From Candidatus Thorarchaeota archaeon (GTDB taxonomy: Archaea; Asgardarchaeota; Thorarchaeia; Thorarchaeales; Thorarchaeaceae), in the NCBI GenBank assembly GCA_048884965.1, contig JBHLQH010000008.1:64197-128196 (forward strand): 64,000 bases of DNA, written 5' to 3'. Under the pieces are notes generated by a model that did no database searches, was not told the DNA's origin, and worked only from the letters and a program-made list of their open reading frames with translations. Both the position numbers and the translations under genes were made by a program. This document shows positions 51,451 through 59,889 of the stretch, piece after piece. Every line of letters begins with the position of its first letter. The first letter of the stretch is position 1.

Positions 51451-51538
51451 TACTGGCTGTGCGTACTGCGATGATCGGGGTTTTAGATAAGAACCGAGGG
51501 CAGGCTTAGCTTGTCCTCACCACCTCGGTGATGGCGAT
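51451..51538. repeat. dispersed structured repeat, copy 1
   Basis: 51471-51538 aligns without gaps to 55293-55360 (53/68 by hand); 51451-51492 aligns to 59890-59931 (30/42). Confidence 0.85.
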
Positions 51539-51540
51539 GT

Positions 51541-51585
51541 AAACAAAAAAGAGCAGAGAGCTGAATCCTTGCCATTACAGCTCTC
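51541..51585 (-). terminator. hairpin + U-tract terminator of 51608-52438
   Basis: GAGAGCTG-14 nt-CAGCTCTC, then TGCTCTTTTTTGTTT on the minus strand. Confidence 0.6.
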
Positions 51586-51607
51586 AAATATCACACATGG
51601 AACTATC

Positions 51608-52438
51608 CTATTGATAGTAGATATTCTTCGTTAGGGTTGTGGTTGCAATGTGTTCAAGGTACCAGACATCAGCAGTGTTAGGTCTGTATTGGACACTAAC
51701 CTTCCCCCATCCGACCTTTGCAGTGATTGTTATGTAATAGCTAGTATATCCACTTTCGCAGGTCCACTGCATCTCACTGACTCCTCCAGCAACGGTGACT
51801 GATGGTTTGATTCCGGTAACACTGCTCCAGCCATAATCCCATCTAACTTTTGTAGAATAGTCAGTTCCACCATTAGCATCAGGATCCCAGACATTTCTTG
51901 ATTCACCAATGTAATCAAAGAATGTCTGCATGACACCATCGACAATAACACCAACTACGAGACCAGTTCCTACGCTAAGTGGAGATAATGCAAGACCAGT
52001 GACAATTCCAAGTGTTTCACTAAGGAGTTGACAACCTGCCTGAGTTTCTGCCGCTGCATCTGCAGGATGGATTCGTTTATTGAGGTCATTCCCTTCAGCA
52101 ATATGAACCGTGTTCAAGTCACCATTGACTTGAGTAGTTCTGTAGGGATCCAGCCACCAACCAGCTCCAACAATTGGTTTCATTTCTACAACAATCTCTG
52201 TAAAGACGATCTTGTATGAACCCTTAGTATCAGCTGCTATCGCGATAGACAGATCCTGCTGTCGCAAATGTCCAAAAATTGTTCGTACTGCTTCAACTTC
52301 TACATCTAGTTTTGCCGTACCATAAGTATTGTCTGAGTATGTTGCCGCCTGAACGGATGGCAATAAGATGAAGCAAGAGAAGGCTATTGCTACCACTGAA
52401 AGAGTTACAATTCTTAGTTTGAACCTTTTTGTATTCAT
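51608..52438 (-). CDS. secreted hypothetical protein with central Gly-rich hydrophobic segment
   Basis: Sec signal peptide (MNTKRFKLR-hydrophobic-VQA|A), GGAGG RBS, internal LLSETLGIVTGLALSPLSVGTGLVVGVIVDGVM. Confidence 0.75.
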   Translation of the reverse strand: MNTKRFKLRIVTLSVVAIAFSCFILLPSVQAATYSDNTYGTAKLDVEVEAVRTIFGHLRQQDLSIAIAADTKGSYKIVFTEIVVEMKPIVGAGWWLDPYRTTQVNGDLNTVHIAEGNDLNKRIHPADAAAETQAGCQLLSETLGIVTGLALSPLSVGTGLVVGVIVDGVMQTFFDYIGESRNVWDPDANGGTDYSTKVRWDYGWSSVTGIKPSVTVAGGVSEMQWTCESGYTSYYITITAKVGWGKVSVQYRPNTADVWYLEHIATTTLTKNIYYQ

Positions 52439-52566
52439 CCTTTCAAATCCTCCAATTGAGGTATGAAGTACATATCCTGTATACTAATAATAGGACGACT
52501 TAGTTTGGAAACCAGTTTTCCTCAAAGAGGGCTTTTAGAAGACCTCCCGCTCTTAGTCAGAATGGG

Positions 52567-55200
52567 TTATGTATGGAGAAGATTCTGCAATCTCTGGTAG
52601 GATTCCACTCCTTCAGGTCTAAGGTAGAACACAGAACGAGGTGCAGTCTCAATAAACTCATAGCGTTGTTCAATCAATCCTGCTTCAACAAGAGTTTCCA
52701 AATGATGGTTAAGTCGTCCCTTGGTCACTCCAAGTATAGATTGAAGTTCAGAGAATGGGATACGATAATGAATCAATAGAGTCTTCATGATAGCTAAGCG
52801 AATTGGATTCAGAAGTTCTTTGAGTGCTAATACCGCATCTGAAAGATCAATTTCAGACAGAGTTGATTCTGCAGAATCGAGAATCTCTTTGAAATCGATA
52901 TTTTTGAGTCGAGTTTCTACAATGCATTGGTCAAATACTTCAGGAATTATCTCTTGAATTGGTTTCTCAGGTAATATCCCTAACACTGATTCCGATGAAG
53001 TATTCTGCCAAATTGGGAGCTTCAACCGGAGGGTTTGTGTGAGATAGGTGAGCTTCTCCGTGGCAAGGAAAGATTGACCTTTAAAGAGGTAGAAAAATAC
53101 CAATGAATCAATACGTTCGTAAATTAGGTTAATATCATTGATTCGGGTCCTTCGAGTGGTTTGAACTTCGTTGAGTACATCTTTTCCAAGACTAGAGATT
53201 GTTTCAGTAATGGATTCGATTATCTTTACGTCGTATCTGTCACTATTCGGAAATTGACACTGGAATATCAGGCCTTTGCTCTGTGAAAACACTAGTAGCA
53301 TGAGGGGGATTTCTTCTGTGATTGCAGGAAGTACTATGTCTTGGTTGTATACAAGCTGCTTTCGCGTGCGTTCTAGCTGCATAAGATTGATTCGCTCTGT
53401 CATGTTGAGAAATCCTTCTCCGGTTTCTGTGAGTCTATCAATATTGTCAAGAACTGAATCATACTGATTCGATATACTAATTGCCAATGACAGAAGACCA
53501 GTTTCTTTCGCAATAGATTGTGCTCTTTGTAGCAGATTGAGAGCTTGATCGATGTCTAATTCAATTAGAGCCAGCTTGGCCTGAAGGAAAATGGTTTTTG
53601 CAAGAATGTTAGTTGAGTTCTGCTTCTCAGCAATATCAGCAAGCTGAGTCAGCACTATTCCAATCTCTTTCTGAACCTGCTCATTCCAAGAACTAAGTAA
53701 TTCAACCAGAAGTAGATCACATAGCTGAAGTGCGGCAAAGACTGTGAGAGTATGGTCAATCATCTTCTCCTTCATTATTGTAGAGAACATCTCTTGTGCA
53801 AGCATCTTGTCCTTTAGTCGATGCCCAGTAGCCAAGAGCATCGCATCTGCGATTCGAGCTCTTAGATTGATGAAGGGATTCTCTTGTTCGTTTGCTAGCT
53901 CCTTCAAACGCTTGTTATGTCCTTCAGCAGCAATCCTTCTTCCCTCTTGTCGTAGATTCAGAGTGATTAGTGAAAGAAGTGATTCAGATATGTCAATAGG
54001 ATTCGATATCTCTTCTCGAATCACTAGGGCTCTCTCGTAGGAGTCCGATGCTTCCTTGAAAGCCCCCTTATCTTGGTGAACAAGTCCTATGGTGTTCAGG
54101 ATGTGTGCAATGAAGAACTTATTCCCTATTTCGGTCATTATGGACAGACCGCGATGTAAATAGTCAAGTGCTTGATCCAATTGACCCTTTCTTTGGTAGA
54201 CATGCCCAACGTTGTGTAGGAGTATTGCAGATAGCTGGTGGTTGGAGAGCTCTTCAGTGATTGATAAGCCCTGTTGATAGTGAACGAGAGCAAGACCAAG
54301 CTCTCCCAAGTCCTCCTCAATCATCCCGATATTGTTCAAGATGAATGCTCTGTGTGGCTTATTCTCTAGCTCTTCAGAGATTGCTAATGCTCGTCTGTAA
54401 TGCTCTAGAGCCCTGATGGAATCACCCATCTGTCTATACACATTGCCAAGATTATTCAGAGCGATCAAGGTGTCGTGAAGATTTTCTCCTAGATTCGCCT
54501 TTTCTAAACACTCTTGATAATACTCGGCTGCAAGTTCAAGATTCCCTTTATCTAAATAGGTGACACCAAGACCATTCAATGCAGAGATGATATGCTGCTG
54601 TAACTTGTTCTTCTCAGCCATTCGAAGAGCAAACCTGTAGTATTCCAGAGCTTGGTCATATTCACCTCGATGCCAAGCGTTGGTACCCAGATTGATATAG
54701 ATCTTTATCAAGAGAGGCTCATTTCTGATCTCCTTGACAATTGCAAGTCCCTCTTCCAATGCTACAAGAGCTTGCTCGAACTCCGTCTTACGGTTCCAAT
54801 AGATACCCTTGAGGAGGAGGAATGTCGCGTAGCGTTCGTCTACCTGCTCTTCGCTCTCTTCTATGTCTTTGAAGTAGGCTTCAATTTCATTTAGAATATC
54901 AAAGCTCTCTTGATATTTCCCTAATTTGTAGAAGCACTCTGCTCTAATCAGCTGTGCGTCAATATAGGCTAAGGATGAAGTAGGATAGAGGGTATCAAAG
55001 ATTATGTTGGTTAATGCAAATGCCTCTTTGTAATTACCCTTTTGTAAGAGAATTGAAGACCTTAGAAGAACTATCTCAATCTGATATTCTTCCAAGAGAT
55101 CGGTATCTTTCTCCAAGCAATCAAGTTCATGGAGTGCCTTATCCAGCTCACCATCTTTTGATAGGCTCAATACTCTCTCAAACTGTGTTTTGGTCCCCAA
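52567..55200 (-). CDS. TPR-repeat protein with longin-like domain and C-terminal ArsR-type winged helix
   Basis: ~10 TPRs (NNLGNVY..G...AL..Y..AL); PLMLLVF..GLIF..LVFFYLFKGQS segment; wHTH NPIRLAIM.TL..F.EL...LG.TKG.L.HHL..L.EAGLI. Probable TTG start at 55200 (ORF open to 55293). Confidence 0.85.
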   Translation of the reverse strand: MGTKTQFERVLSLSKDGELDKALHELDCLEKDTDLLEEYQIEIVLLRSSILLQKGNYKEAFALTNIIFDTLYPTSSLAYIDAQLIRAECFYKLGKYQESFDILNEIEAYFKDIEESEEQVDERYATFLLLKGIYWNRKTEFEQALVALEEGLAIVKEIRNEPLLIKIYINLGTNAWHRGEYDQALEYYRFALRMAEKNKLQQHIISALNGLGVTYLDKGNLELAAEYYQECLEKANLGENLHDTLIALNNLGNVYRQMGDSIRALEHYRRALAISEELENKPHRAFILNNIGMIEEDLGELGLALVHYQQGLSITEELSNHQLSAILLHNVGHVYQRKGQLDQALDYLHRGLSIMTEIGNKFFIAHILNTIGLVHQDKGAFKEASDSYERALVIREEISNPIDISESLLSLITLNLRQEGRRIAAEGHNKRLKELANEQENPFINLRARIADAMLLATGHRLKDKMLAQEMFSTIMKEKMIDHTLTVFAALQLCDLLLVELLSSWNEQVQKEIGIVLTQLADIAEKQNSTNILAKTIFLQAKLALIELDIDQALNLLQRAQSIAKETGLLSLAISISNQYDSVLDNIDRLTETGEGFLNMTERINLMQLERTRKQLVYNQDIVLPAITEEIPLMLLVFSQSKGLIFQCQFPNSDRYDVKIIESITETISSLGKDVLNEVQTTRRTRINDINLIYERIDSLVFFYLFKGQSFLATEKLTYLTQTLRLKLPIWQNTSSESVLGILPEKPIQEIIPEVFDQCIVETRLKNIDFKEILDSAESTLSEIDLSDAVLALKELLNPIRLAIMKTLLIHYRIPFSELQSILGVTKGRLNHHLETLVEAGLIEQRYEFIETAPRSVFYLRPEGVESYQRLQNLLHT

Positions 55201-55292
55201 GTGATATCCACCACGACTCAAGTGTGTTACATTTTGAAAATTAATAAATCTAGATATAGTAGCGATGAATTCAAGATGTGATATGCAACTCA

Positions 55293-55360
55293 ATGATTGG
55301 AGTTTTAGACAAAAACTGAGGGCAAGCTAGTCTTGCAGTCACAATCTCGGTGATGGCAAT
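55293..55360. repeat. dispersed structured repeat, copy 2
   Basis: ATGATTGGAGTTTTAGACAAAAACTGAGGGCAAGCTAGTCTTGCAGTCACAATCTCGGTGATGGCAAT; 53/68 to copy 1. Confidence 0.85.
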
Positions 55361-55386
55361 ACGGACTAGTGAGGGGGGTAGTTTCC

Positions 55387-55423
55387 AAAAAAAGGTGCAG
55401 AGTGTCAAATCGTTCCCTGCACC
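55387..55423 (-). terminator. hairpin + U-tract terminator of 55444-55956
   Basis: GGTGCAG-16 nt-CTGCACC directly followed by T7 on the minus strand. Confidence 0.65.
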
Positions 55424-55443
55424 AGCTTCAGAATGAGCTCAGC

Positions 55444-55956
55444 TCACGGTATGATATTATTGATTAGCGTTTCAGGATAGCCTCCACTAACCGCACAATC
55501 CCTGAACCAGTCGCCTGATTGGTAAGCTATGTTGGGATATACTACATAGTGACTTGTCCATGGCCAAGGACTCTGCCAAATGGTAGATCCGCTACGAATC
55601 AAGTACATCTGCACCTGCCCGTTCATTGCCGCCCAACTACCATCCTCATATCCAAGATAGGTCCAGTGTTCTAGTTTGTACCAAGTAGTGCTAATGAGTG
55701 TGCGAATTAATCGACCTCCTAGCTCACGGCACTTGTAGGTCTGTTTCAGCGTTGCTTCACTGTGAAGCCAATATGCATTAGACCCTGGATAGTCAGGGAA
55801 TCCGTAGTCATATGCATAGTCGTTTGCTGTATACTTCGGGTAGCTGTACTCGTACCACACCTCGCCGTATGCTGCAGTTTGTGCAGGCATAGCTGCAAGA
55901 ACGACCAGAAAGGTCATCATGCAAGCGAGAATTAATGCTTTTTTCCCAATTTCCAT
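55444..55956 (-). CDS. secreted Tyr/Trp-rich hypothetical protein
   Basis: Start refined to ATG 55956 after GGAGG; signal peptide MEIGKKALILACMMTFLVVLAAMPAQTAA; aromatic-rich mature part. Confidence 0.75.
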   Translation of the reverse strand: MEIGKKALILACMMTFLVVLAAMPAQTAAYGEVWYEYSYPKYTANDYAYDYGFPDYPGSNAYWLHSEATLKQTYKCRELGGRLIRTLISTTWYKLEHWTYLGYEDGSWAAMNGQVQMYLIRSGSTIWQSPWPWTSHYVVYPNIAYQSGDWFRDCAVSGGYPETLINNIIP

Positions 55957-56036
55957 TCTACGATCTCCTCCAAGTTCAAGATGAAGGTCTCCCCCGCTCA
56001 ACATATGCTCTCAACAATGACTGCTACATCCACCAA

Positions 56037-56152
56037 TATAAGGGAAAGAAAACTGCTTCAAAATGCATTCGTGAGTGCTAAAATGAAATTCATATCTATA
56101 ATCTCAAACAAAGTGTCGGGAGAAATACGAACACGTTGTTAACATTTGGCCA
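56037..56152 (-). promoter_or_regulatory. three-block promoter module, copy 1 (upstream of 55444-55956)
   Basis: Blocks 56037-56070, 56100-56124 and 56138-56152 match 58245-58360 at a constant 2208-bp offset; ends in TATA-like CTTATA on the minus strand. Confidence 0.8.
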
Positions 56153-56255
56153 AATCAAGATATCGAAAGTAGTCTGTCATGTCAGCGTCTTTCGAAGCAT
56201 TCAAGGACCCAAAATTCCAAAGTATAATAATGTCTAGTCAAGCTATATGAAAGCC

Positions 56256-56297
56256 AAAAAAAGAACGAGAGGATGATTTCACGTTCAACCATCCTCT
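56256..56297 (-). terminator. hairpin + U-tract terminator of the subtilase gene
   Basis: AGAGGATG-14 nt-CATCCTCT, then CGTTCTTTTTTT on the minus strand. Confidence 0.6.
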
Positions 56298-56306
56298 ATT
56301 AGAATA

Positions 56307-58181
56307 CTAATCATATGGTCCAGGCGGAGGTCTAGGAATTTCTGGGGGGAGGGGATTAGGTTCACCATCATATCCCCATATCCGCAGGTTATAATCAAGA
56401 TCGAACTGTGAAGAGTAGAACTTTATCCTGACATAGTAGTATCCATCCCTCATGATTTCATAATTCAGATAGACGTCATTCCCAAAGTAGGAATGAAATG
56501 ACATGACTGACCCAGAGGAGATGAAAATAGAAACCCAAACCGACATCTCATGGTCGTCTTGGATATACTGGACCTTCAGAATATCGCCCCACTTCAAATA
56601 GGTCTTATACCAATCCTCCGTGTCCCTAAAGCCGATGGGTTCATCATACCGCCAATACTCAGCTCCTCCGATTGAATATACAAGCGGCGCAGCTGAAAGA
56701 GAATCTGCCATGTCGCGATGATAGAATGTCATCACATCTTGAGCGTCTATTCTTCCGCATCCGTAGGTATTGTCCCTCACGCCGGGATTGGAATCATCCG
56801 GCATATCCGTTGCAGCACCCATCAGAAGTTTCTTGATAAGGGGTTGTCCATCAGAATCTAGCTGCTTTAGAGTGATGTCATAGTCGAGCCACAAAGCACA
56901 GAATCCTGCAACAAATGCTGTCGCTGCTGAGGTTGCGCTGAATGCAGAATACTGCGTAGTAGATACTGGGTCTGGGGTTGGTAAATCCCACGCAGGAGCA
57001 AGAATATCTGGTTTGATGCGTCCATCTAAGCAGGGTCCACGACCAGAGCCTAGTAATTGATTTGGCTGATGCATCCAGATAGCCCATCCATCTTCATACA
57101 CGGTCGGATCATATGCTCCACCAACTGTGATTACATACTTACCTGTACCAGGCGTAGTAACGGTCCCTGCACCTTCGCCTCCATTATTTCCAGCAGCACA
57201 TACAACAACTAGCCTATGTTCTGAAACTAGAGTGTCTGCAAGCATGGCCAAGGTATCATATGCCCCAAATGCAGGTGCGTAATTAGCTGTATACGGAGAG
57301 AAACCAAATGAACAGCTGACAATCTCAATTCCGTAGATATCCTTGTTATCAGCTATCCAGTTGAATCCTTCCATGACATCTTCCAAAGTGCCACTGCCTA
57401 CAGAGTCAAGGACCCTCACACCCACAAGTGCAGCACCTGGTGCCACTCCTGATTTAGTTGGATCAACTGATCCAGTTCCTGCTGCAATTCCAGCAGCTTT
57501 TGATCCATGGTAAGTTCCAATATCAAAGTTGTCACTTGTGCAGATTGCGGGTTTAATAGAGGTGATGACATCATCATCTTCACCACCACCACCGCCACCA
57601 GTTCCAACACAATCTATCCATCCAATTACCTTCGCATCAGGCATGTCTTGATGAATTGTACTTATCCCAGTATCAACAATTGCAATCACGATGTCATCTG
57701 GTGTGTACTGATCTGGATCTCCATCAAGATCACCATCCAATCCGGGATAGTTTGTAGCCAGCCAATTAACATGTGTTGCTTCACGGGGATTTCCAGAACA
57801 AGCATAAACCCGTTGGCTCCCATCATCTATTCTGAGTATGAAAGGCAATGTAATGAGTTCTGAAATTCGATTCAGAGGTACTTCTAAAACAACCCCACCA
57901 ATCGTATCAAAAATATCGAGAACTCTAACACCTTGCACCAATGCAGGTAGATAATCTATACCTGAACGATAGTCGGTATCATATACTCCCACTACTTTCA
58001 CGATTTCTTCTGATTTTGTTTCAGATATTTCTTTAAAATCGAACCCCGTCTTGGATGTAAGTTTGGTTTCGATCCCAAGTGGATCTACAATGCCAACTTG
58101 TATCATTGATGGAAGAACAAGGATAATTAGCAAGATGAAACTCAGAGGAATGACCATATGCTTCATTTTCATATTTTTCAT
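56307..58181 (-). CDS. secreted S8 (subtilisin-like) serine peptidase with C-terminal beta domain
   Basis: Signal peptide, I9-like prodomain, IAIVDTG, YHGSKAAG, AAGN, KPDILAP, SATSAATA (catalytic Ser). Confidence 0.9.
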   Translation of the reverse strand: MKNMKMKHMVIPLSFILLIILVLPSMIQVGIVDPLGIETKLTSKTGFDFKEISETKSEEIVKVVGVYDTDYRSGIDYLPALVQGVRVLDIFDTIGGVVLEVPLNRISELITLPFILRIDDGSQRVYACSGNPREATHVNWLATNYPGLDGDLDGDPDQYTPDDIVIAIVDTGISTIHQDMPDAKVIGWIDCVGTGGGGGGEDDDVITSIKPAICTSDNFDIGTYHGSKAAGIAAGTGSVDPTKSGVAPGAALVGVRVLDSVGSGTLEDVMEGFNWIADNKDIYGIEIVSCSFGFSPYTANYAPAFGAYDTLAMLADTLVSEHRLVVVCAAGNNGGEGAGTVTTPGTGKYVITVGGAYDPTVYEDGWAIWMHQPNQLLGSGRGPCLDGRIKPDILAPAWDLPTPDPVSTTQYSAFSATSAATAFVAGFCALWLDYDITLKQLDSDGQPLIKKLLMGAATDMPDDSNPGVRDNTYGCGRIDAQDVMTFYHRDMADSLSAAPLVYSIGGAEYWRYDEPIGFRDTEDWYKTYLKWGDILKVQYIQDDHEMSVWVSIFISSGSVMSFHSYFGNDVYLNYEIMRDGYYYVRIKFYSSQFDLDYNLRIWGYDGEPNPLPPEIPRPPPGPYD

Positions 58182-58244
58182 TTTCCCCCATATCCCCTCC
58201 TAATTCTTCACATGCCTCTCACAATTACTTATGGTTTCTATTAT

Positions 58245-58360
58245 TATAAGGGAAACAAAACTGCTTCAAAATGCATTCTAATGAATTAGTTTCTGGGTCA
58301 GTCCCTAAATCCCAAACAAAGTGTCGGGAGAATTCAAAAATTGGGGTTAACATTTGGCCA
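58245..58360 (-). promoter_or_regulatory. three-block promoter module, copy 2 (upstream of subtilase)
   Basis: TATAAGGGAAACAAAACTGCTTCAAAATGCATTC / AATCCCAAACAAAGTGTCGGGAGAA / GTTAACATTTGGCCA, spaced as in copy 1. Confidence 0.8.
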
Positions 58361-58367
58361 GGTCGTA

Positions 58368-59816
58368 TTATTCGAGGTGTGCAGTAATATCAACATCTGA
58401 TGGGGAAATCAAAAATCCCTCATCGCCATACTCGAATCCTGCCATGATGTCCTTGTTCGGTCTTCCACCCCGATACGTGATAGCAAGGATGGATCTTACA
58501 GACTTCACACCCTTCATTTCTCTCACCGTGTTGAGAAACCATAGATAGTCTGTTAGATGTGCCTGTGGCGTTTCCAACCAGAATATCATCCCGCGATGAG
58601 ACTTGAAGTATAGATAGACCAGCGGGAAGCTAGCCAATATGTTCAGAAGTCTGTCGGATACTGTTGCATTACAGATGACCTCGACAGGAATATCATAGTG
58701 AAAGCCTAGCCTTGCGAACCAGAGGAATGGAGTGAGGATACCTCGGTCGATGAGCAGATTCCTTCGTTCAGATATGGTTCGCAATGGCATGTCAAGTCCT
58801 TGAGCTTCTAGGTGTGTCTTCGCCTCACTTGGCTTCATCCGTGGATTCATACAGAGGATCTCCTCAAGATGAAAATCAACATAGGTCAGATCCTCCATGA
58901 ATTCATTTCGCTCTGTTGCTCCGATAAATGGGCCACCTGAATCTTTTGCATCAAGATTCCTCTCAGTGATGCATTTTGGTAAGAGCCATGCACCTTCCTG
59001 CATTAGGCTTGGATTCATGAGTCTACCACTCCCCTCATAGAGATGCAGTGATGAGTAGCTGAAGAACTCATCAGACATCTCTTTTATCCCAGATTTGAAT
59101 TCGCGTAGGTTCTCAGTGGAGTTCGGTAGCAGGAAGGCAGAAACAATGGTCTCACTGTTCGGATACCTATGGATTCGCGATGTGAACGGGAAGGCTTGAA
59201 CGCAGGATTCTATCTGCATCCATGATTCATGATCATTCAACTCAAAGAGGAAGTATATTGGCTGCAATCCAAAGCCAGTGACGTTGTTGTGACCAAGTAT
59301 CCTTGCCCAGTGATGTGATTCTAGCTTCTTGTACGCCTCGTATACTGTACTTCTGTGCATGCTCAACTCTAAGGATGCATCCCTGAAGGTTCTCATGGGA
59401 TTCCTTGCGAAATACTTCAAGACTTCTGCCTCAGTGCCCACTGGAACTCTATGGGGACGCTTGTGTCCAAGCACGTCATAGATCGCTGAGTCTAGTATCT
59501 TTGCGTTCACGACATCATGCTTCATGAGATATCTAAGATTCTCAATGACACGGTCAATCATCTCCTGAGACCAAGGCTCATAGAGCGGGATGAAGGTACT
59601 CATGACTGACTCTGCATCCTTATGCAGCTCTTCGCCTAGTTTATGCACTTGTTCCAGTGAGAGCAGATTCGTACTAAGGGCAATCTTCAATTTTATGAGA
59701 TCTAAATAGTACTGCGAATCCGGTTCCGCACCTACAAGTAGCTCTTCATAGGGTGTGTGTATCCTAGAAAGAATCTCGGTGCGACGTGCACCTGATTCAT
59801 TTTGAGGCGATGTCAT
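58368..59816 (-). CDS. large transcriptional regulator with duplicated HTH + Lrp/AsnC-like modules
   Basis: Two HTHs (VLKYFARNP..F..AS.EL.MHRSTV...YKKLE; IL..NPR...SE....L......RTISERR..L.DRGIL), each followed by an AsnC-like alpha/beta region. Confidence 0.7.
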   Translation of the reverse strand: MTSPQNESGARRTEILSRIHTPYEELLVGAEPDSQYYLDLIKLKIALSTNLLSLEQVHKLGEELHKDAESVMSTFIPLYEPWSQEMIDRVIENLRYLMKHDVVNAKILDSAIYDVLGHKRPHRVPVGTEAEVLKYFARNPMRTFRDASLELSMHRSTVYEAYKKLESHHWARILGHNNVTGFGLQPIYFLFELNDHESWMQIESCVQAFPFTSRIHRYPNSETIVSAFLLPNSTENLREFKSGIKEMSDEFFSYSSLHLYEGSGRLMNPSLMQEGAWLLPKCITERNLDAKDSGGPFIGATERNEFMEDLTYVDFHLEEILCMNPRMKPSEAKTHLEAQGLDMPLRTISERRNLLIDRGILTPFLWFARLGFHYDIPVEVICNATVSDRLLNILASFPLVYLYFKSHRGMIFWLETPQAHLTDYLWFLNTVREMKGVKSVRSILAITYRGGRPNKDIMAGFEYGDEGFLISPSDVDITAHLE

Positions 59817-59889
59817 ATCGTATCTTCCTATACCACGTGAGGTGAGGATTATTTTGAACTAATAAAATGTTTATCATTTGAGGAGTCGT

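Noticed and set aside
51471-51538. Repeat as a SECIS element or C/D-box sRNA (AUGAU...UGAU)
   Set aside because: No + strand selenoprotein ORF upstream, the interior is branched rather than a single helix II with AA loop, and there are no canonical RUGAUGA/CUGA boxes.
55201-55293. N-terminal extension of the TPR ORF (MSCISHLEF...)
   Set aside because: It covers an AT-rich TATA-like segment and abuts repeat copy 2; TTG 55200 is the more plausible start.
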